A stretch of 64,000 nucleotides of DNA from Minisyncoccota bacterium (GCA_041688155.1 JBDNIW010000001.1:7319-71318); one strand, 5' to 3'; counted from the first letter of the stretch, positions 1-9,992 are shown. The notes: a model not told the origin generated them from the letters alone. Translations and numbers: made by a program.

Positions 1-484
1 TAGATAAAATTGCTTCTTTAACTTTACGGCTGAGTTTTTTGTCTCGGTCAAGGACGGAGTTTTTGATGACTTGCTGAGTGATAGTTGATCCACCTTGCCC
101 GCCAAGTAGGTCACCGTCTTGCATGTTACTCACCGCAGCGCGGATAATTGCGCGGATGTTGATACCAAAGTGATTGTAAAACTGGTCATCTTCGATGGCA
201 ACAGTAGCATTTTTGATGTGACGCGACATGTCCTCTAGTGGCACAATAGTCCGTTTAACGTCTTGGTGGAGGTCATATAACAAGACTTCGCCAGTGCGAT
301 CAAATATTTTTGTTGACTGTAACACTCGTCGTTCATCAAACGCTGATAAATCGGGAATTTGTAAACTAGAAATCCAAATCAGGATTCCGGCGGACACAAT
401 AATAAAACCAGCAAAAAACAGAATCAATCCATCAATGATAAGCTCTTTCCAGTTCTTGATAATCCACAGTTTGGTTTTTTTCAT
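1..484 (-). CDS. class A penicillin-binding protein (PBP1), N-terminal part; partial, runs off the left edge
   Basis: Minus-strand reading frame from the ATG at 484 gives MKKTKLWIIKNW..., an N-terminal TM helix, then the GT51 transglycosylase motifs EDDQFYNHFGIN and GGSTITQQ. There is no stop before position 1. The listed + ORF 228..488 overlaps it and is spurious. Confidence 0.7.
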   Translation of the reverse strand, partial: MKKTKLWIIKNWKELIIDGLILFFAGFIIVSAGILIWISSLQIPDLSAFDERRVLQSTKIFDRTGEVLLYDLHQDVKRTIVPLEDMSRHIKNATVAIEDDQFYNHFGINIRAIIRAAVSNMQDGDLLGGQGGSTITQQVIKNSVLDRDKKLSRKVKEAILS

Positions 485-562
485 GTAACTAGACTATATA
501 AGCAATATTAGCATGGGTTGTCTAGACACCTTTATACGATTGTGTGCTAGCATTATTTCATT

Positions 563-1804
563 ATGAAATTGCATCAAGAGCTCACTGAGCGCGGATTTAT
601 TCATCAGACATCAGCCAGCATCGAAGAAATCCTAGATGGACCAAAACGTACCATATATCATGGGATTGATCCGTCAGCTGACTCGGCCCACGCTGGTAAT
701 ATTGTGATTTGGTTTTTGCTTCGTCACCTGGCTAACGCAGGCCACAAAATTGTTTTTTTGGTTGGAGGAGCAACCGGCCGGATTGGTGACCCAAAACCAG
801 ACGCCGAGCGGACGCTACTACCAGAGAAAACAATCGAAGCTAATTTTGCTGGGATCCAAGCTCAAGCCAAGCAATTTATTACCACTGATGATATTACTTT
901 TGTTGACAACTACGACTGGTTTAAGGAAATTAAATTTATTGATTTCTTGCGTGACATTGGTAAACATTTCACCGTAAATGAGTTGATTAAAAAAGACGCC
1001 ATTGCCAACCGACTTGCTAGTGATGTTGGTTTGTCGTACACCGAGTTTGCCTATCCGTTGGTACAGGGCTACGATTATCTAGAGTTGTACCGCACTCACG
1101 GCTGTGATGTGCAAGTTGGTGGTTCTGACCAGTGGGGAAATATCATCTCAGGAGTCGATCTGGTTCGACGCAAAGAACAGGCATCGGTATATGCATTGAC
1201 CGTACCGCTAGTAATCGATAAAGCAACCGGTAAAAAGTTCGGCAAAAGCGAAGGAAACGCCGTTTGGATTGATCCAACAAAAACCTCACCCTACGAGTTC
1301 TATCAGTTTTGGTTGAACGCTAGTGATGAGAGTGTGGTTGATTACCTCAAACTATTTACCTTTGTTCCCTTAACAGATATTGCGTCAATAGCAAAAGATT
1401 TTGACCTAAATCCAGGCGCTCGCACCGCGCAAAAGAAACTAGCGTCTGAGGTGACGCGCCTAGTGCACGGTGAGTCCGCCTCTGAGTCCGCTAAAGAAGT
1501 GTCGGAATTATTGTTTGGTGACGGGTCGGTCGCCAATATTTCGACTGATGCCCGGGCAATCTTGCTAGCTACGGCACCAACCCTCGCTGTACAAGTTGGA
1601 TTGAGTTTAGTTGACGTGCTGATTGCCGCTGGGTTGGCCACGAGCAAACGCGAGAGCCGGACGTTTATAGAAAGCAATGCAATCACCTTACAAGAAGCCA
1701 AGTGTAGTGACATCAATCAAGTGTTGCGTGAGGAGTATTTTTCCAATGGACTGGCTTTGTTACGCAGAGGCAAAAAGCAATTGTGTGTCCTGATTAAAGA
1801 ATAA
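563..1804 (+). CDS. tyrS: tyrosyl-tRNA synthetase
   Basis: Class I HIGH-type motif (AHAGN) and KMSKS-like KFGKS; a C-terminal S4-like domain; length 413 aa. Confidence 0.88.
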   Translation: MKLHQELTERGFIHQTSASIEEILDGPKRTIYHGIDPSADSAHAGNIVIWFLLRHLANAGHKIVFLVGGATGRIGDPKPDAERTLLPEKTIEANFAGIQAQAKQFITTDDITFVDNYDWFKEIKFIDFLRDIGKHFTVNELIKKDAIANRLASDVGLSYTEFAYPLVQGYDYLELYRTHGCDVQVGGSDQWGNIISGVDLVRRKEQASVYALTVPLVIDKATGKKFGKSEGNAVWIDPTKTSPYEFYQFWLNASDESVVDYLKLFTFVPLTDIASIAKDFDLNPGARTAQKKLASEVTRLVHGESASESAKEVSELLFGDGSVANISTDARAILLATAPTLAVQVGLSLVDVLIAAGLATSKRESRTFIESNAITLQEAKCSDINQVLREEYFSNGLALLRRGKKQLCVLIKE

Positions 1805-1833
1805 ATTGAGACCCTGAGTTTGATGAGTAAAAT

Positions 1834-1866
1834 AAAACCCACTGACTAGCAGCGGGTTTTATTTTT
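1834..1866. terminator. bidirectional rho-independent terminator between tyrS and the convergent minus-strand genes
   Basis: Hairpin aaaacccactg-actag-cagcgggtttt followed by a T-run; the A/T runs lie on both sides. Confidence 0.6.
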
Positions 1867-2125
1867 ACATCTCGTCTACATCATCAAATGAATCGTAGTC
1901 CACGTCTTCTGCATCATCCTCAAGCGCCGCGTCGTCTTCCTCTTCATCCTCCTCCTCAGATGGTTCCTTAACATCTTTTTCTTCAATGTGACCAAATCCT
2001 TCGGTGTCGTCGTCAGTATCATCTTCCTCTTCTCCAACTACTTCAGCTAGTACATCATCACCTAACGACGCATTCTCGTCGTCTGTGTCTTCTAACTCAT
2101 CTTCGTTTTTTGGTTCATCAGCCAT
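1865..2125 (-). CDS. small, highly acidic (D/E-rich) hypothetical protein
   Basis: Clean 86-aa ORF downstream of ruvC on the same strand, bounded by a terminator. Extreme Asp/Glu content and no recognisable domain. Confidence 0.3.
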   Translation of the reverse strand: MADEPKNEDELEDTDDENASLGDDVLAEVVGEEEDDTDDDTEGFGHIEEKDVKEPSEEEDEEEDDAALEDDAEDVDYDSFDDVDEM

Positions 2126-2201
2126 ACAAGGTTTTTATGTATAATTTGTATCAAATTCATGCGCAGACAGCAACTAGTTTGGTGTACAAGTTCGGAAGAT
2201 T

Positions 2202-2681
2202 CTACTGTGTCCGGCCATGATGTGCAAGGCAAGTAATACCAACCGCAATTGCATCGTACTCGTCGTCAAGGGCATCAGGTGGTACATCAGGGATGAGCTG
2301 TTTGACCATTGCTGTCATTGCGGCCTTATCACTGTTGCCGTAGCCAGTAGTAGCGATTTTAATCGCCTGGGGGCTAAACTCGTATATAACACACCCAGCC
2401 TGCATTGCGGTGTAGATAATAATGCCTCGAGCCTGAGCGACTCCCATTGCGGTTTTAACATTTTTGTTAAAAAACAGCGTTTCGATTCCCAGGGTGTCTA
2501 CCGCGTGATCACCAATAGTCTGCGTGATAGCATTTCCAACTACTTGTAAACGGGTATTTAAATCATCGGTTTTATTAGTCAGGACACAAGTAGAATACAA
2601 CACCTTCTCCAAGCCGTTTTGGTACTCCATCACCGCCAACCCAACGCGGTCATATCCAGGGTCAACGCCAAGCACACGCAT
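2202..2681 (-). CDS. ruvC: Holliday junction resolvase RuvC
   Basis: MRVLGVDPGYDRVGLAVME N-terminus typical of RuvC; 159 aa; sits between yebC and the ruvB neighbourhood. Confidence 0.82.
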   Translation of the reverse strand: MRVLGVDPGYDRVGLAVMEYQNGLEKVLYSTCVLTNKTDDLNTRLQVVGNAITQTIGDHAVDTLGIETLFFNKNVKTAMGVAQARGIIIYTAMQAGCVIYEFSPQAIKIATTGYGNSDKAAMTAMVKQLIPDVPPDALDDEYDAIAVGITCLAHHGRTQ

Positions 2682-2683
2682 AA

Positions 2684-3223
2684 CTAGTTAGCACTATCAG
2701 CGCCGGTGTAGACATTAGTGACGTCGTCTTGTTCTTCTAGTTTCTCGATAAACTCAGCTAGTATTTCGCCGGCCTCGTCGTCGAGTTCGACGGGAGTGTT
2801 TGGGGTATAGCCGTCGACTGATTTGGTAAACGCCCAAGTGGCTGAGCCAGGGGCACCTAGTTCAAGCCCTGCTTTAGAAAACACGTGCCGGATTTCTGGT
2901 GCGGTACGGTTGTTGTTGTCAGTGACCGCTTCAATCAGTAGAGGTACCCCTCCTGGGCCATAGCCTTCGTAGAGGACTTCTTCCATCGCACTCCCGCCCT
3001 CGCCTGAACCTTTGGCCAGGGCTCGTTCGATGGCGTCTTTAGGCATTGAGTCTTTTTTAGCCCGGTCAACTGCGGCGATGACGTTAGCTGAGTCAACCCG
3101 CCCACTAGCTTTTTTTACTTCCATCGTAATTAGACGGGAGTGCTTAGAAAACAGCTTGCTCCGCTGCTGGTCAGTCGCGCCTTTTTTATGTTTGATTTTT
3201 GACCACTTATTGTGTCCTGACAT
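2684..3223 (-). CDS. yebC: YebC/PmpR-family probable transcriptional regulator (compact form)
   Basis: MSGHNKWSKIKHKKGATD... and EGYGPGG motifs; the classic yebC-ruvC arrangement. It is shorter (179 aa) than canonical YebC (~240 aa); the middle domain is reduced. Confidence 0.75.
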   Translation of the reverse strand: MSGHNKWSKIKHKKGATDQQRSKLFSKHSRLITMEVKKASGRVDSANVIAAVDRAKKDSMPKDAIERALAKGSGEGGSAMEEVLYEGYGPGGVPLLIEAVTDNNNRTAPEIRHVFSKAGLELGAPGSATWAFTKSVDGYTPNTPVELDDEAGEILAEFIEKLEEQDDVTNVYTGADSAN

Positions 3224-3234
3224 ATATGGCTAGG

Positions 3235-4260
3235 TTAACCTACATTTTCTAAATGACTGTAGGCTTCGGGGCTGGCGGTTCGTCCGCGTGGAGTGCGTTC
3301 AATTAATCCATGACGGATGAGGTACGGCTCAATGACGTCTTCGATGGTGGATGCCTCCTCACCAGTAGCGGCGGCGATGGTGTTCAGTCCTACTGGTCCA
3401 CCATTGAACTTGTTGATGATGACATCAAGCACCGCCCGGTCAGGCGCACCAAGACCGAGCGAGTCAATCTCAAGTAGGGCAAAGGTTTGGTCGATAATGT
3501 CGTTGGTCAGCCCGGTGTTCTCAAGCTGGGCGAGATCACGACAGCGTTTGAGTAGGTAGTTCGCGGTGCGTGGCGTTGCTCGGCACCGACCGGCGATTTT
3601 ATTGATCACCTCTTTAGTGGGGTCCATCCCCAGCAAGTCAGCCGAGCGACCTAATATCTGTCCAATCTCATCGTCACTGTAGAACTCAAGCCGAAACGTT
3701 CCGCCAGAAAAGCGCGACCGTAGTGGGGCTGAGAGCAGTGAGATGCGCGTCGTCGCTGCCACCATGGTAAACGGCGGGAGTTCGAGTTGCACCGTCCGGG
3801 CGGATGGGCCTTTGCCGATGATGATATCGAGCACCCCTGACTCCATCGCCGGGTAGAGGACTTCCTCAATATTTTTACTTAAACGATGAATCTCGTCGAT
3901 AAACAGCACATCACCTGGTGCGAGGTTGGTGAGAATAGCCGCTAGGTCACCAACTTTCTCGATGGCGGGACCCGAGGTGGTTTTCATATTAGTACCCAGC
4001 GTCCTGGCAACTAGGTTTGATAGCGTCGTCTTTCCTAACCCTGGTGGGCCATAGAGTAGAATGTGCTCAGCCGCGTGTCCACGCTCTTTGGCAGCTGTCA
4101 GTAAGATGCGCAGGTTTTCCTTGATTTTGGCTTGGCCGATATACTCCTCCCAGGTTTTAGGACGCAACGTCCGGTCGAGGTTTTGTGCATCGTCTCGGGT
4201 GATTTTTGGGGCAGTAGCAGTCATGTCGTAAGTATACCAAAATATCAAATGCAGTGTCAC
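3235..4260 (-). CDS. ruvB: Holliday junction ATP-dependent DNA helicase RuvB
   Basis: Walker A LLYGPPGLGKTTL, AAA+ core and a winged-helix C-terminus; 341 aa. Confidence 0.9.
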   Translation of the reverse strand: MTLHLIFWYTYDMTATAPKITRDDAQNLDRTLRPKTWEEYIGQAKIKENLRILLTAAKERGHAAEHILLYGPPGLGKTTLSNLVARTLGTNMKTTSGPAIEKVGDLAAILTNLAPGDVLFIDEIHRLSKNIEEVLYPAMESGVLDIIIGKGPSARTVQLELPPFTMVAATTRISLLSAPLRSRFSGGTFRLEFYSDDEIGQILGRSADLLGMDPTKEVINKIAGRCRATPRTANYLLKRCRDLAQLENTGLTNDIIDQTFALLEIDSLGLGAPDRAVLDVIINKFNGGPVGLNTIAAATGEEASTIEDVIEPYLIRHGLIERTPRGRTASPEAYSHLENVG

Positions 4261-4401
4261 TATAAAGCTAATTCAGGCTAATGTGGGTTGATCAGACTAT
4301 GACTCCTTCCTGAGGTGTTGACAAATTTTTGATGTGTGCTAATCTATTGGGGATTCGATAGCTCTCCCGCTTTGAGGCACTGGCCTCTGGCACCGATACT
4401 T

Positions 4402-4552
4402 GTAATTCCAGAAGATAACTCTCTAAACAACTTGGATGCGTTGCGAGGGGTTTCTGGCGCCCGGCCTGGACCGGGATCGCTGCAAACTTCCTTAGCGCGG
4501 CATTCACTTTCAATGCGGAAGTCTTGTTTAGAGAGTTATAGGCTGGAATTAC
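4402..4552. ncRNA. structured palindromic non-coding element (candidate small RNA or MITE-like element); identity unknown
   Basis: About 26-28 bp near-perfect inverted repeat (gtaattccagaagataactctctaaacaac / gtcttgtttagagagttataggctggaattac) enclosing ~95 nt that contains further nested hairpins (acttcc..ggaagt, gcatt..aatgc, cccgg..ccggg). It lies in a 380-bp gap with no credible ORF. I found no conserved tmRNA, RNase P or SRP motifs. Confidence 0.3.
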
Positions 4553-4596
4553 ATAAAGAACTAAACTTGGTACCTCTCGAATGTATCACAGAAAAA

Positions 4597-4632
4597 CACC
4601 CTGTGGTATTGACCACAGGGTGTTTGGCTTTT
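4597..4632. terminator. bidirectional rho-independent terminator
   Basis: caccctgtggt-attga-ccacagggtg hairpin with T-runs on both strands; it lies directly downstream of the pilB stop (minus strand) and downstream of the palindromic element (plus strand). Confidence 0.65.
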
Positions 4633-4643
4633 TGAATCTGAGG

Positions 4644-6389
4644 TTAGACAATGTGGTTGAGGAACGTGTCGTCTGGAGCACCGGCAGCCGGAGGGTTGGT
4701 TTTGCTAGAAATGGTACTCGAAAGGGTTCTGGGTAGTTCTATCACTCGTTCCAGTTCTGCTATCGAAGTGACACCGTTAAGGACTTTTTCAATACCATCG
4801 TGCAACATAGTCGGGATGCCTTGGGGTTTAGCGGCTTCGAGGATCATGTGTTCACGAGGATCGCGTAGTACGACGGCTTCTACTGCGTCATCCATAACTA
4901 TAGCTTCGTAAATACCACCGCGTCCCTTGAACCCGGTGTTACTACACACCTCGCACCCGGGAGCGGTGTACAGCAAACCTAGCGGAGGGACTGTATCTGG
5001 GTGCGGGTGGTCATGTAATATGGTGGTAATGATTTGTTGTTCCTCAGCAGTTGGGGGATGTCCGACTTTACAGTGGGTACACAAAAGTCTGATTAGTCGC
5101 TGGCCGAGGATTAGGTTCACTGCACTACCAAACATCCGCGCATCGACTCCCAAATCCATCATCCGGACAAACGCCGCCACCGCGCTGTTGGTGTGCATGG
5201 TGGTGAGTACGAGGTGACCAGTCTGAGCGGCGTGCATGGCGGTTTCGGCTACTTCGGCGTCGCGCACCTCACCAATCAGAATAACGTCTGGATCCTGACG
5301 CAGTAGTGCCCTTAAGCCTGAAGAAAACGTGTAGTCACCGTCGACCTGGGTTTGGACAATACCCTCGACTTTGTATTCGACTGGATTTTCAATGGTGATG
5401 ATTTTGATACCTTCGGTGTGAACCTCTTGCAAAAACGCGTACAACGCAGTGGTCTTACCTGACCCAGTTGGACCAGTGGTAATGATGAGTCCGTTTGGTT
5501 TTTTGAGTTCTCGACGGACTACCTCGTTGATGTGTTGGTTGAGGTTGAGTTTATCCATTGCAAAACTCGCTACGGTTGGATCAAGTAAACGCATCACGAT
5601 TGATTCGCCATACGCGCCAGGAATCACCGACGAACGCACTTCGACTTCTTTGTCACCGGTTTCAAAAGTAAACCGCCCGTCTTGTGCTTCGGCGCGGCTG
5701 TTGAGGACCATGCCAGAGAGTAGTTTGAGTCGTGACATCATGCGACCATACATATATGTATCGAGATCTACGATGTCGTGCAGCACTCCATCAAACCGGT
5801 AGCGCAGTCGGATGGCGTTGTTCTCTGGTTCGATGTGGATGTCAGATGCGCGCAGGGCGAGAGCACCCGCAAAAATCAACTCCATCGTGGCAGATATCCG
5901 ATAGCTGCTGTTGGCGGTATTGATCTCTTTGAGAATTAGTGCGATGTCGGATTCTTTTTGAATGCGCTTAGTTAGTTCAAGGATGTCACTGGCGCTAATT
6001 TCAAAAATGCCTTTTCTCGACACTGTGGTGTTGGTTAGGTCAGCGTATCGCTCCCAAGCGTGGGTGAGGCTTGCAGATGAAGTCATAAACACCCGAAGCG
6101 TATAGCCGTTTTTTTGTAGAGTCTCTAGAGCAGCTTTGGTTTTTATGTTAGTGGGATTTTTGATTGCGACTGACAGCGTCCGCTGGAGCAATTCAAACCC
6201 AGTTAGTTCAGCCTCGCGGGCGAGAGTCTCGTCGATAGCGGCGATAGCTTCGGGGTTGATGGTGTAGCCGTGCAAATCAATGTGCTCATAGCCGTATTGC
6301 GGTGCGAGGTTTGCAACCGTCCGCTCCTCTTCTTTGTCTCGCAAATCGTTGAGGCGGGCATTAAGGGCTGTGTCATCAAATTGAACCAT
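4644..6389 (-). CDS. pilB: type IV pilus assembly ATPase PilB/GspE family
   Basis: Walker A GPTGSGKTT, Asp/His boxes, and a C-terminal CxxC...CxxC zinc motif. The start is moved to the internal Met (MVQFDD...) at 6389, because the longest ORF start (6494) would overlap divergent tsaE by 68 bp. Confidence 0.82.
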   Translation of the reverse strand: MVQFDDTALNARLNDLRDKEEERTVANLAPQYGYEHIDLHGYTINPEAIAAIDETLAREAELTGFELLQRTLSVAIKNPTNIKTKAALETLQKNGYTLRVFMTSSASLTHAWERYADLTNTTVSRKGIFEISASDILELTKRIQKESDIALILKEINTANSSYRISATMELIFAGALALRASDIHIEPENNAIRLRYRFDGVLHDIVDLDTYMYGRMMSRLKLLSGMVLNSRAEAQDGRFTFETGDKEVEVRSSVIPGAYGESIVMRLLDPTVASFAMDKLNLNQHINEVVRRELKKPNGLIITTGPTGSGKTTALYAFLQEVHTEGIKIITIENPVEYKVEGIVQTQVDGDYTFSSGLRALLRQDPDVILIGEVRDAEVAETAMHAAQTGHLVLTTMHTNSAVAAFVRMMDLGVDARMFGSAVNLILGQRLIRLLCTHCKVGHPPTAEEQQIITTILHDHPHPDTVPPLGLLYTAPGCEVCSNTGFKGRGGIYEAIVMDDAVEAVVLRDPREHMILEAAKPQGIPTMLHDGIEKVLNGVTSIAELERVIELPRTLSSTISSKTNPPAAGAPDDTFLNHIV

Positions 6390-6426
6390 GTTGTGTATAT
6401 GGTAGCACGTTGCTATAGTTCCACTC

Positions 6427-6873
6427 ATGTCAGTTGAACACTTTACAGTGGCGACTTCTGCCGACTTTGAACCGGTGGTAATTGCAGTTCTCAAAAAAAC
6501 AACTGCAATCAGTCAGACTGCTGCAGTTGTCACCCTCACTGGTGATCTCGGCGCTGGAAAGACGACTTTTACCCAACAACTCGCCAAACACCTGGGTATA
6601 ACAGAACCCGTCGTCAGCCCAACCTTTGGGATTATGAAAGCGTACGAGTTGCTGGACCATCCACGCTTCGACCACCTCGTCCACATCGACGCCTATCGGG
6701 TTGAGGATATGAGTGAAGTCGGGCCGCTGCGGTTGCAGGAATTATTTACTACCCCAAGAAAACTAATCTGTCTCGAATGGCCCGAGAACATCGCGAGTAC
6801 ATTACCTACAGGCAGAGTTGCTGTCACGATTGATATCGTAACTGGAGAAGAGCGAACGGTGATGGTGTCTTAA
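6427..6873 (+). CDS. tsaE: tRNA threonylcarbamoyladenosine biosynthesis protein TsaE (YjeE)
   Basis: P-loop GDLGAGKTTF followed by SPTF and a YRV-type pattern typical of TsaE; 148 aa. Confidence 0.72.
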   Translation: MSVEHFTVATSADFEPVVIAVLKKTTAISQTAAVVTLTGDLGAGKTTFTQQLAKHLGITEPVVSPTFGIMKAYELLDHPRFDHLVHIDAYRVEDMSEVGPLRLQELFTTPRKLICLEWPENIASTLPTGRVAVTIDIVTGEERTVMVS

Positions 6874-6874
6874 A

Positions 6875-7591
6875 CTAAGCGTGCACCCCAATCCCACGCC
6901 CAGCAAAATAGATGGTAAATTCTTTGAGCGGTAGCGTGTGGTTTTCTTGAGTTTGATTGTTTTCAAATCCAGACGGATTGTGCAGGGTTAAGGTTTTTTC
7001 TTTTTTGTTATAACCGATGATGAGTACTAGATGACCCCCGATCTGCATCGCTGGAGCGGTGTTGTAGTTGCGAATGTTGGGGTTTACCGATGCAATGACG
7101 AGTGAGCCTGAAGCGAGCAGCGTCTGAATCAAACGGGGGGTTAGTTTGGTATAAATAGTCGCCCGCAAACCAAATCGCTTGAGCCAAGTGATATACGGTT
7201 GGTACTGCATACTAGAAATACCGTCACCGTCTTTTAAATACACTCCAGATTTGGCGGCATCTCGCGCGAGGGGGATGGTTCGGAACTCACCTTTGTTAAA
7301 AAACAGGAGCAACATCGATGTACAAGCCATCCCACAGGTGGTGAGGGCCCAGCGCTCATACTCTTTGATTGACCGAGCGCCCGAGTCTTCCCAGGCGAGG
7401 TCGCGAGACAGTGACTGGTCATCTTTGAGTACCATTTCAGCCCAACTAGGGCTCGCAAACTGTGAGACGTACGGCACCTTATGTCGAATGCGTTCAGGTG
7501 TCCGACCAACAGCCGAGCGAAGCAAAAGAATGCTGTTGCTAAGTAGCTGTTTTATTTTATAGATGATTTTCATGTATGACCAGTGTAGCAA
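6875..7591 (-). CDS. membrane-anchored protein with a C39-like (papain-fold) cysteine peptidase domain
   Basis: N-terminal TM helix; CGMACTSMLL resembles the catalytic Cys region of Peptidase_C39_2 domains. Weak call. Confidence 0.4.
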   Translation of the reverse strand: MLHWSYMKIIYKIKQLLSNSILLLRSAVGRTPERIRHKVPYVSQFASPSWAEMVLKDDQSLSRDLAWEDSGARSIKEYERWALTTCGMACTSMLLLFFNKGEFRTIPLARDAAKSGVYLKDGDGISSMQYQPYITWLKRFGLRATIYTKLTPRLIQTLLASGSLVIASVNPNIRNYNTAPAMQIGGHLVLIIGYNKKEKTLTLHNPSGFENNQTQENHTLPLKEFTIYFAGRGIGVHA

Positions 7592-7610
7592 AACAGTTAT
7601 ACTGTAAGTA

Positions 7611-9992
7611 ATGGCTAAAAAAGAAACCCCGACGTTAGTTTTACTCGACGCTCACGCTATATTACACCGAGCGTATCACGCGCTGCCAGACTTTACGTCC
7701 CCAAACGGCGAACCAACCGGCGCGCTGTACGGCGTTACGACGATGCTACTCAAAATCATTGAGGATTTTAAGCCGCAATACATCGCCGCTTGTTACGACT
7801 TGCCAGAACCGACCTACCGTCACGACGCCTACGACGCCTACAAAGCTGGTCGGAGTAAAACTGACACAGATCTAGTCACCCAGATTATCCGAGCTCGGGA
7901 TATTTTTAACCACTTTGGGATTCCGATTTTTGAGAAAGTTGGGTTTGAGGCTGACGATCTGATTGGAACCATTGCCCACCTAACCAAAGAGACACCAGAG
8001 CTGCGAGTCGTGATTGCTTCAGGTGATATGGACACGTTGCAATGTGTCGACAAAAACCGGGTCGAAGTATTTACTCTCAAACGTGGCATCAACGATACAA
8101 TTATTTATGATGAAGCAGCGGTCAAAGCGCGGTTTGGGTTCGGCCCATCGATGGTCGTCGACTACAAAGGCCTACGTGGTGATGCGAGCGATAACATCCC
8201 GGGGATTCGCGGTATCGGAGAGAAAACCGCGACCACCCTCCTGACGACGTTTGGTACAATCGAACAAATCTATCAGAAACTAGAAGCCAAGGGTGGTGAA
8301 GATAGATTTATCACCGCAGGGATAACCAAACGCATCGTCGGTCTACTGCTCGACGGCAAAGAAGACGCCGAGTTTTCCAAAATGCTCGCAACCATTCGTA
8401 CAGACGCCATTGATTCATTTGACCTTGATTCTACTGAGTGGCGCGAGCATGCAGACATTGAAGGAATTCAAAACCTCTTTAGTGAATATGGATTCCGGAA
8501 CATGACTAGCCGGATTGAACGGTTGTTCAACGTGGTGCTGGTAGATACCGCCGCCGAAGCTGCCAAAATCGGTGATACAGAAATCAAGCAAGCCAGCATC
8601 CTACTCTGGCTACTTGAAAGTGAGCGAACCAACGCCAGTTACGAAGACATTGTCGACTACGGCCGGTCATTTTTGCAAACCAAAACTTGGGAAGAAACCG
8701 TGTCGGCGATGGAAGAAAAAGTACGAGCTGAAGGATTATGGGACTTGTATACCGACATCGAACTACCTCTGATTCCAGTGTTAGAAAACATGAAACAACA
8801 AGGAATTATTTTGGATACCGCATATCTCAAAACACTTTCTACTAAACTACACGTTGAACTAGTGGCACTCGAGACGTCCATCTACCAGCACGCTGGGGTC
8901 GAGTTCAACCTCAATTCACCCAAGCAAATGGGGGAAATCTTATTTGATACGCTCGAACTGAAACCAAAAAACGCCAAGAAAACTGGTGGTGGGCAGCGTA
9001 GCACCAAAGAATCAGAGCTAGAGAAATTACTGGACGAACACCCAATCATTGCTGATATCCTCCGGTACCGCGAACTCAAAAAACTTGTTTCCACCTACAT
9101 CGATAACTTGCCCGAGGTGGTCGGGCCCGACGGGCGCATCCACAGCACGCTCCTGCAAACCGGTACCTCAACCGGACGTATGGCGAGTAAAGAACCGAAC
9201 CTGCAGAACATTCCAATTCGTACCGAAGAAGGTCGGATGGTCCGGGGTGCGTTTGTAGCCGAGGTAGGATATCAGTTGGTAGCAATCGACTACTCACAGA
9301 TCGAGTTACGGATTGCGGCGATTATGTCAGAAGATTCTCAAATGATTGAGATTTTTAAGAAAGGAGAGGATGTTCACAGCGGAGTAGCGTCACGCGTGTT
9401 TGGGGTACCGCAGAGCGAGGTTACCGCAGACATGCGGCGCAAAGCCAAAGTCATTAACTTTGGGATTCTCTACGGCATGGGGGTCAACGCTTTACGGACT
9501 AACCTCGGCGCCGATACGCCGCGCGCCGAGGCTCAAGAATTCCTCAACGCGTATTTCAATACGTTCACCCGGTTGGCTGAATTCCTTGAAGAAACCAAAT
9601 CATTTGCCCGAGAAACTGGCTATACTCAAACTATGTTTGGCCGCCGCCGCCACTTCGCGGGGATCACCTCAGCCGTACCATTTATCCGCGCCCAAGCGGA
9701 ACGCATGGCCATCAACGCCCCGATCCAAGGCACCGGGGCTGATTGTATGCGAGTAGCCATGCGCCAGATTCATGAGTATATTGAGGGACGAAAAAAACCA
9801 GACGACGTTCGGATGTTACTCCAAGTCCACGACGAACTAGTGTTTGAAGTAAAAGACAGCGAGGTGGAAGCAGTTGTGCCAGAGTTGGTGACTATCATGG
9901 AAGCAGCATTGGAGGGGAGGGTCAGTCACGGCGTGCCACTGGTGGCTGATGTAAAAGTAGGGAAGAATTGGAACCAGATGCAGGGGATGTAG
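7611..9992 (+). CDS. polA: DNA polymerase I (5'-3' exonuclease plus polymerase; short Taq-like form)
   Basis: N-terminal FEN-like 5' nuclease motifs; polymerase motifs A (DYSQIELR), B (RRKAKVINFGILYG) and C (QVHDELVFE); 793 aa. Confidence 0.92.
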   Translation: MAKKETPTLVLLDAHAILHRAYHALPDFTSPNGEPTGALYGVTTMLLKIIEDFKPQYIAACYDLPEPTYRHDAYDAYKAGRSKTDTDLVTQIIRARDIFNHFGIPIFEKVGFEADDLIGTIAHLTKETPELRVVIASGDMDTLQCVDKNRVEVFTLKRGINDTIIYDEAAVKARFGFGPSMVVDYKGLRGDASDNIPGIRGIGEKTATTLLTTFGTIEQIYQKLEAKGGEDRFITAGITKRIVGLLLDGKEDAEFSKMLATIRTDAIDSFDLDSTEWREHADIEGIQNLFSEYGFRNMTSRIERLFNVVLVDTAAEAAKIGDTEIKQASILLWLLESERTNASYEDIVDYGRSFLQTKTWEETVSAMEEKVRAEGLWDLYTDIELPLIPVLENMKQQGIILDTAYLKTLSTKLHVELVALETSIYQHAGVEFNLNSPKQMGEILFDTLELKPKNAKKTGGGQRSTKESELEKLLDEHPIIADILRYRELKKLVSTYIDNLPEVVGPDGRIHSTLLQTGTSTGRMASKEPNLQNIPIRTEEGRMVRGAFVAEVGYQLVAIDYSQIELRIAAIMSEDSQMIEIFKKGEDVHSGVASRVFGVPQSEVTADMRRKAKVINFGILYGMGVNALRTNLGADTPRAEAQEFLNAYFNTFTRLAEFLEETKSFARETGYTQTMFGRRRHFAGITSAVPFIRAQAERMAINAPIQGTGADCMRVAMRQIHEYIEGRKKPDDVRMLLQVHDELVFEVKDSEVEAVVPELVTIMEAALEGRVSHGVPLVADVKVGKNWNQMQGM

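Noticed and set aside
228-488. 86-aa plus-strand ORF at the left edge
   Set aside because: It lies entirely inside, and antisense to, a minus-strand frame with clear PBP1 transglycosylase motifs (GGSTITQQ); its low-complexity composition is unlike a real protein.
4292-4635. ORFs 4292..4513 (-) and 4336..4635 (+) in the ruvB-pilB gap; tmRNA, RNase P RNA, SRP RNA or 6S RNA identity for this region
   Set aside because: The ORFs run through a long perfect inverted repeat and a terminator. I looked for the tmRNA tRNA-like end, the RNase P GGAAAGUCCGG box and the SRP domain IV GGAA/AGCAGC motifs and found none convincingly, so the region is left as an unclassified structured element.
6390-6494. 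Longer pilB start at 6494
   Set aside because: It would put the first 35 codons on top of the first 22 codons of divergent tsaE. The internal Met at 6389 begins a typical PilB N-terminus (MVQFDDTALNARLNDL...).
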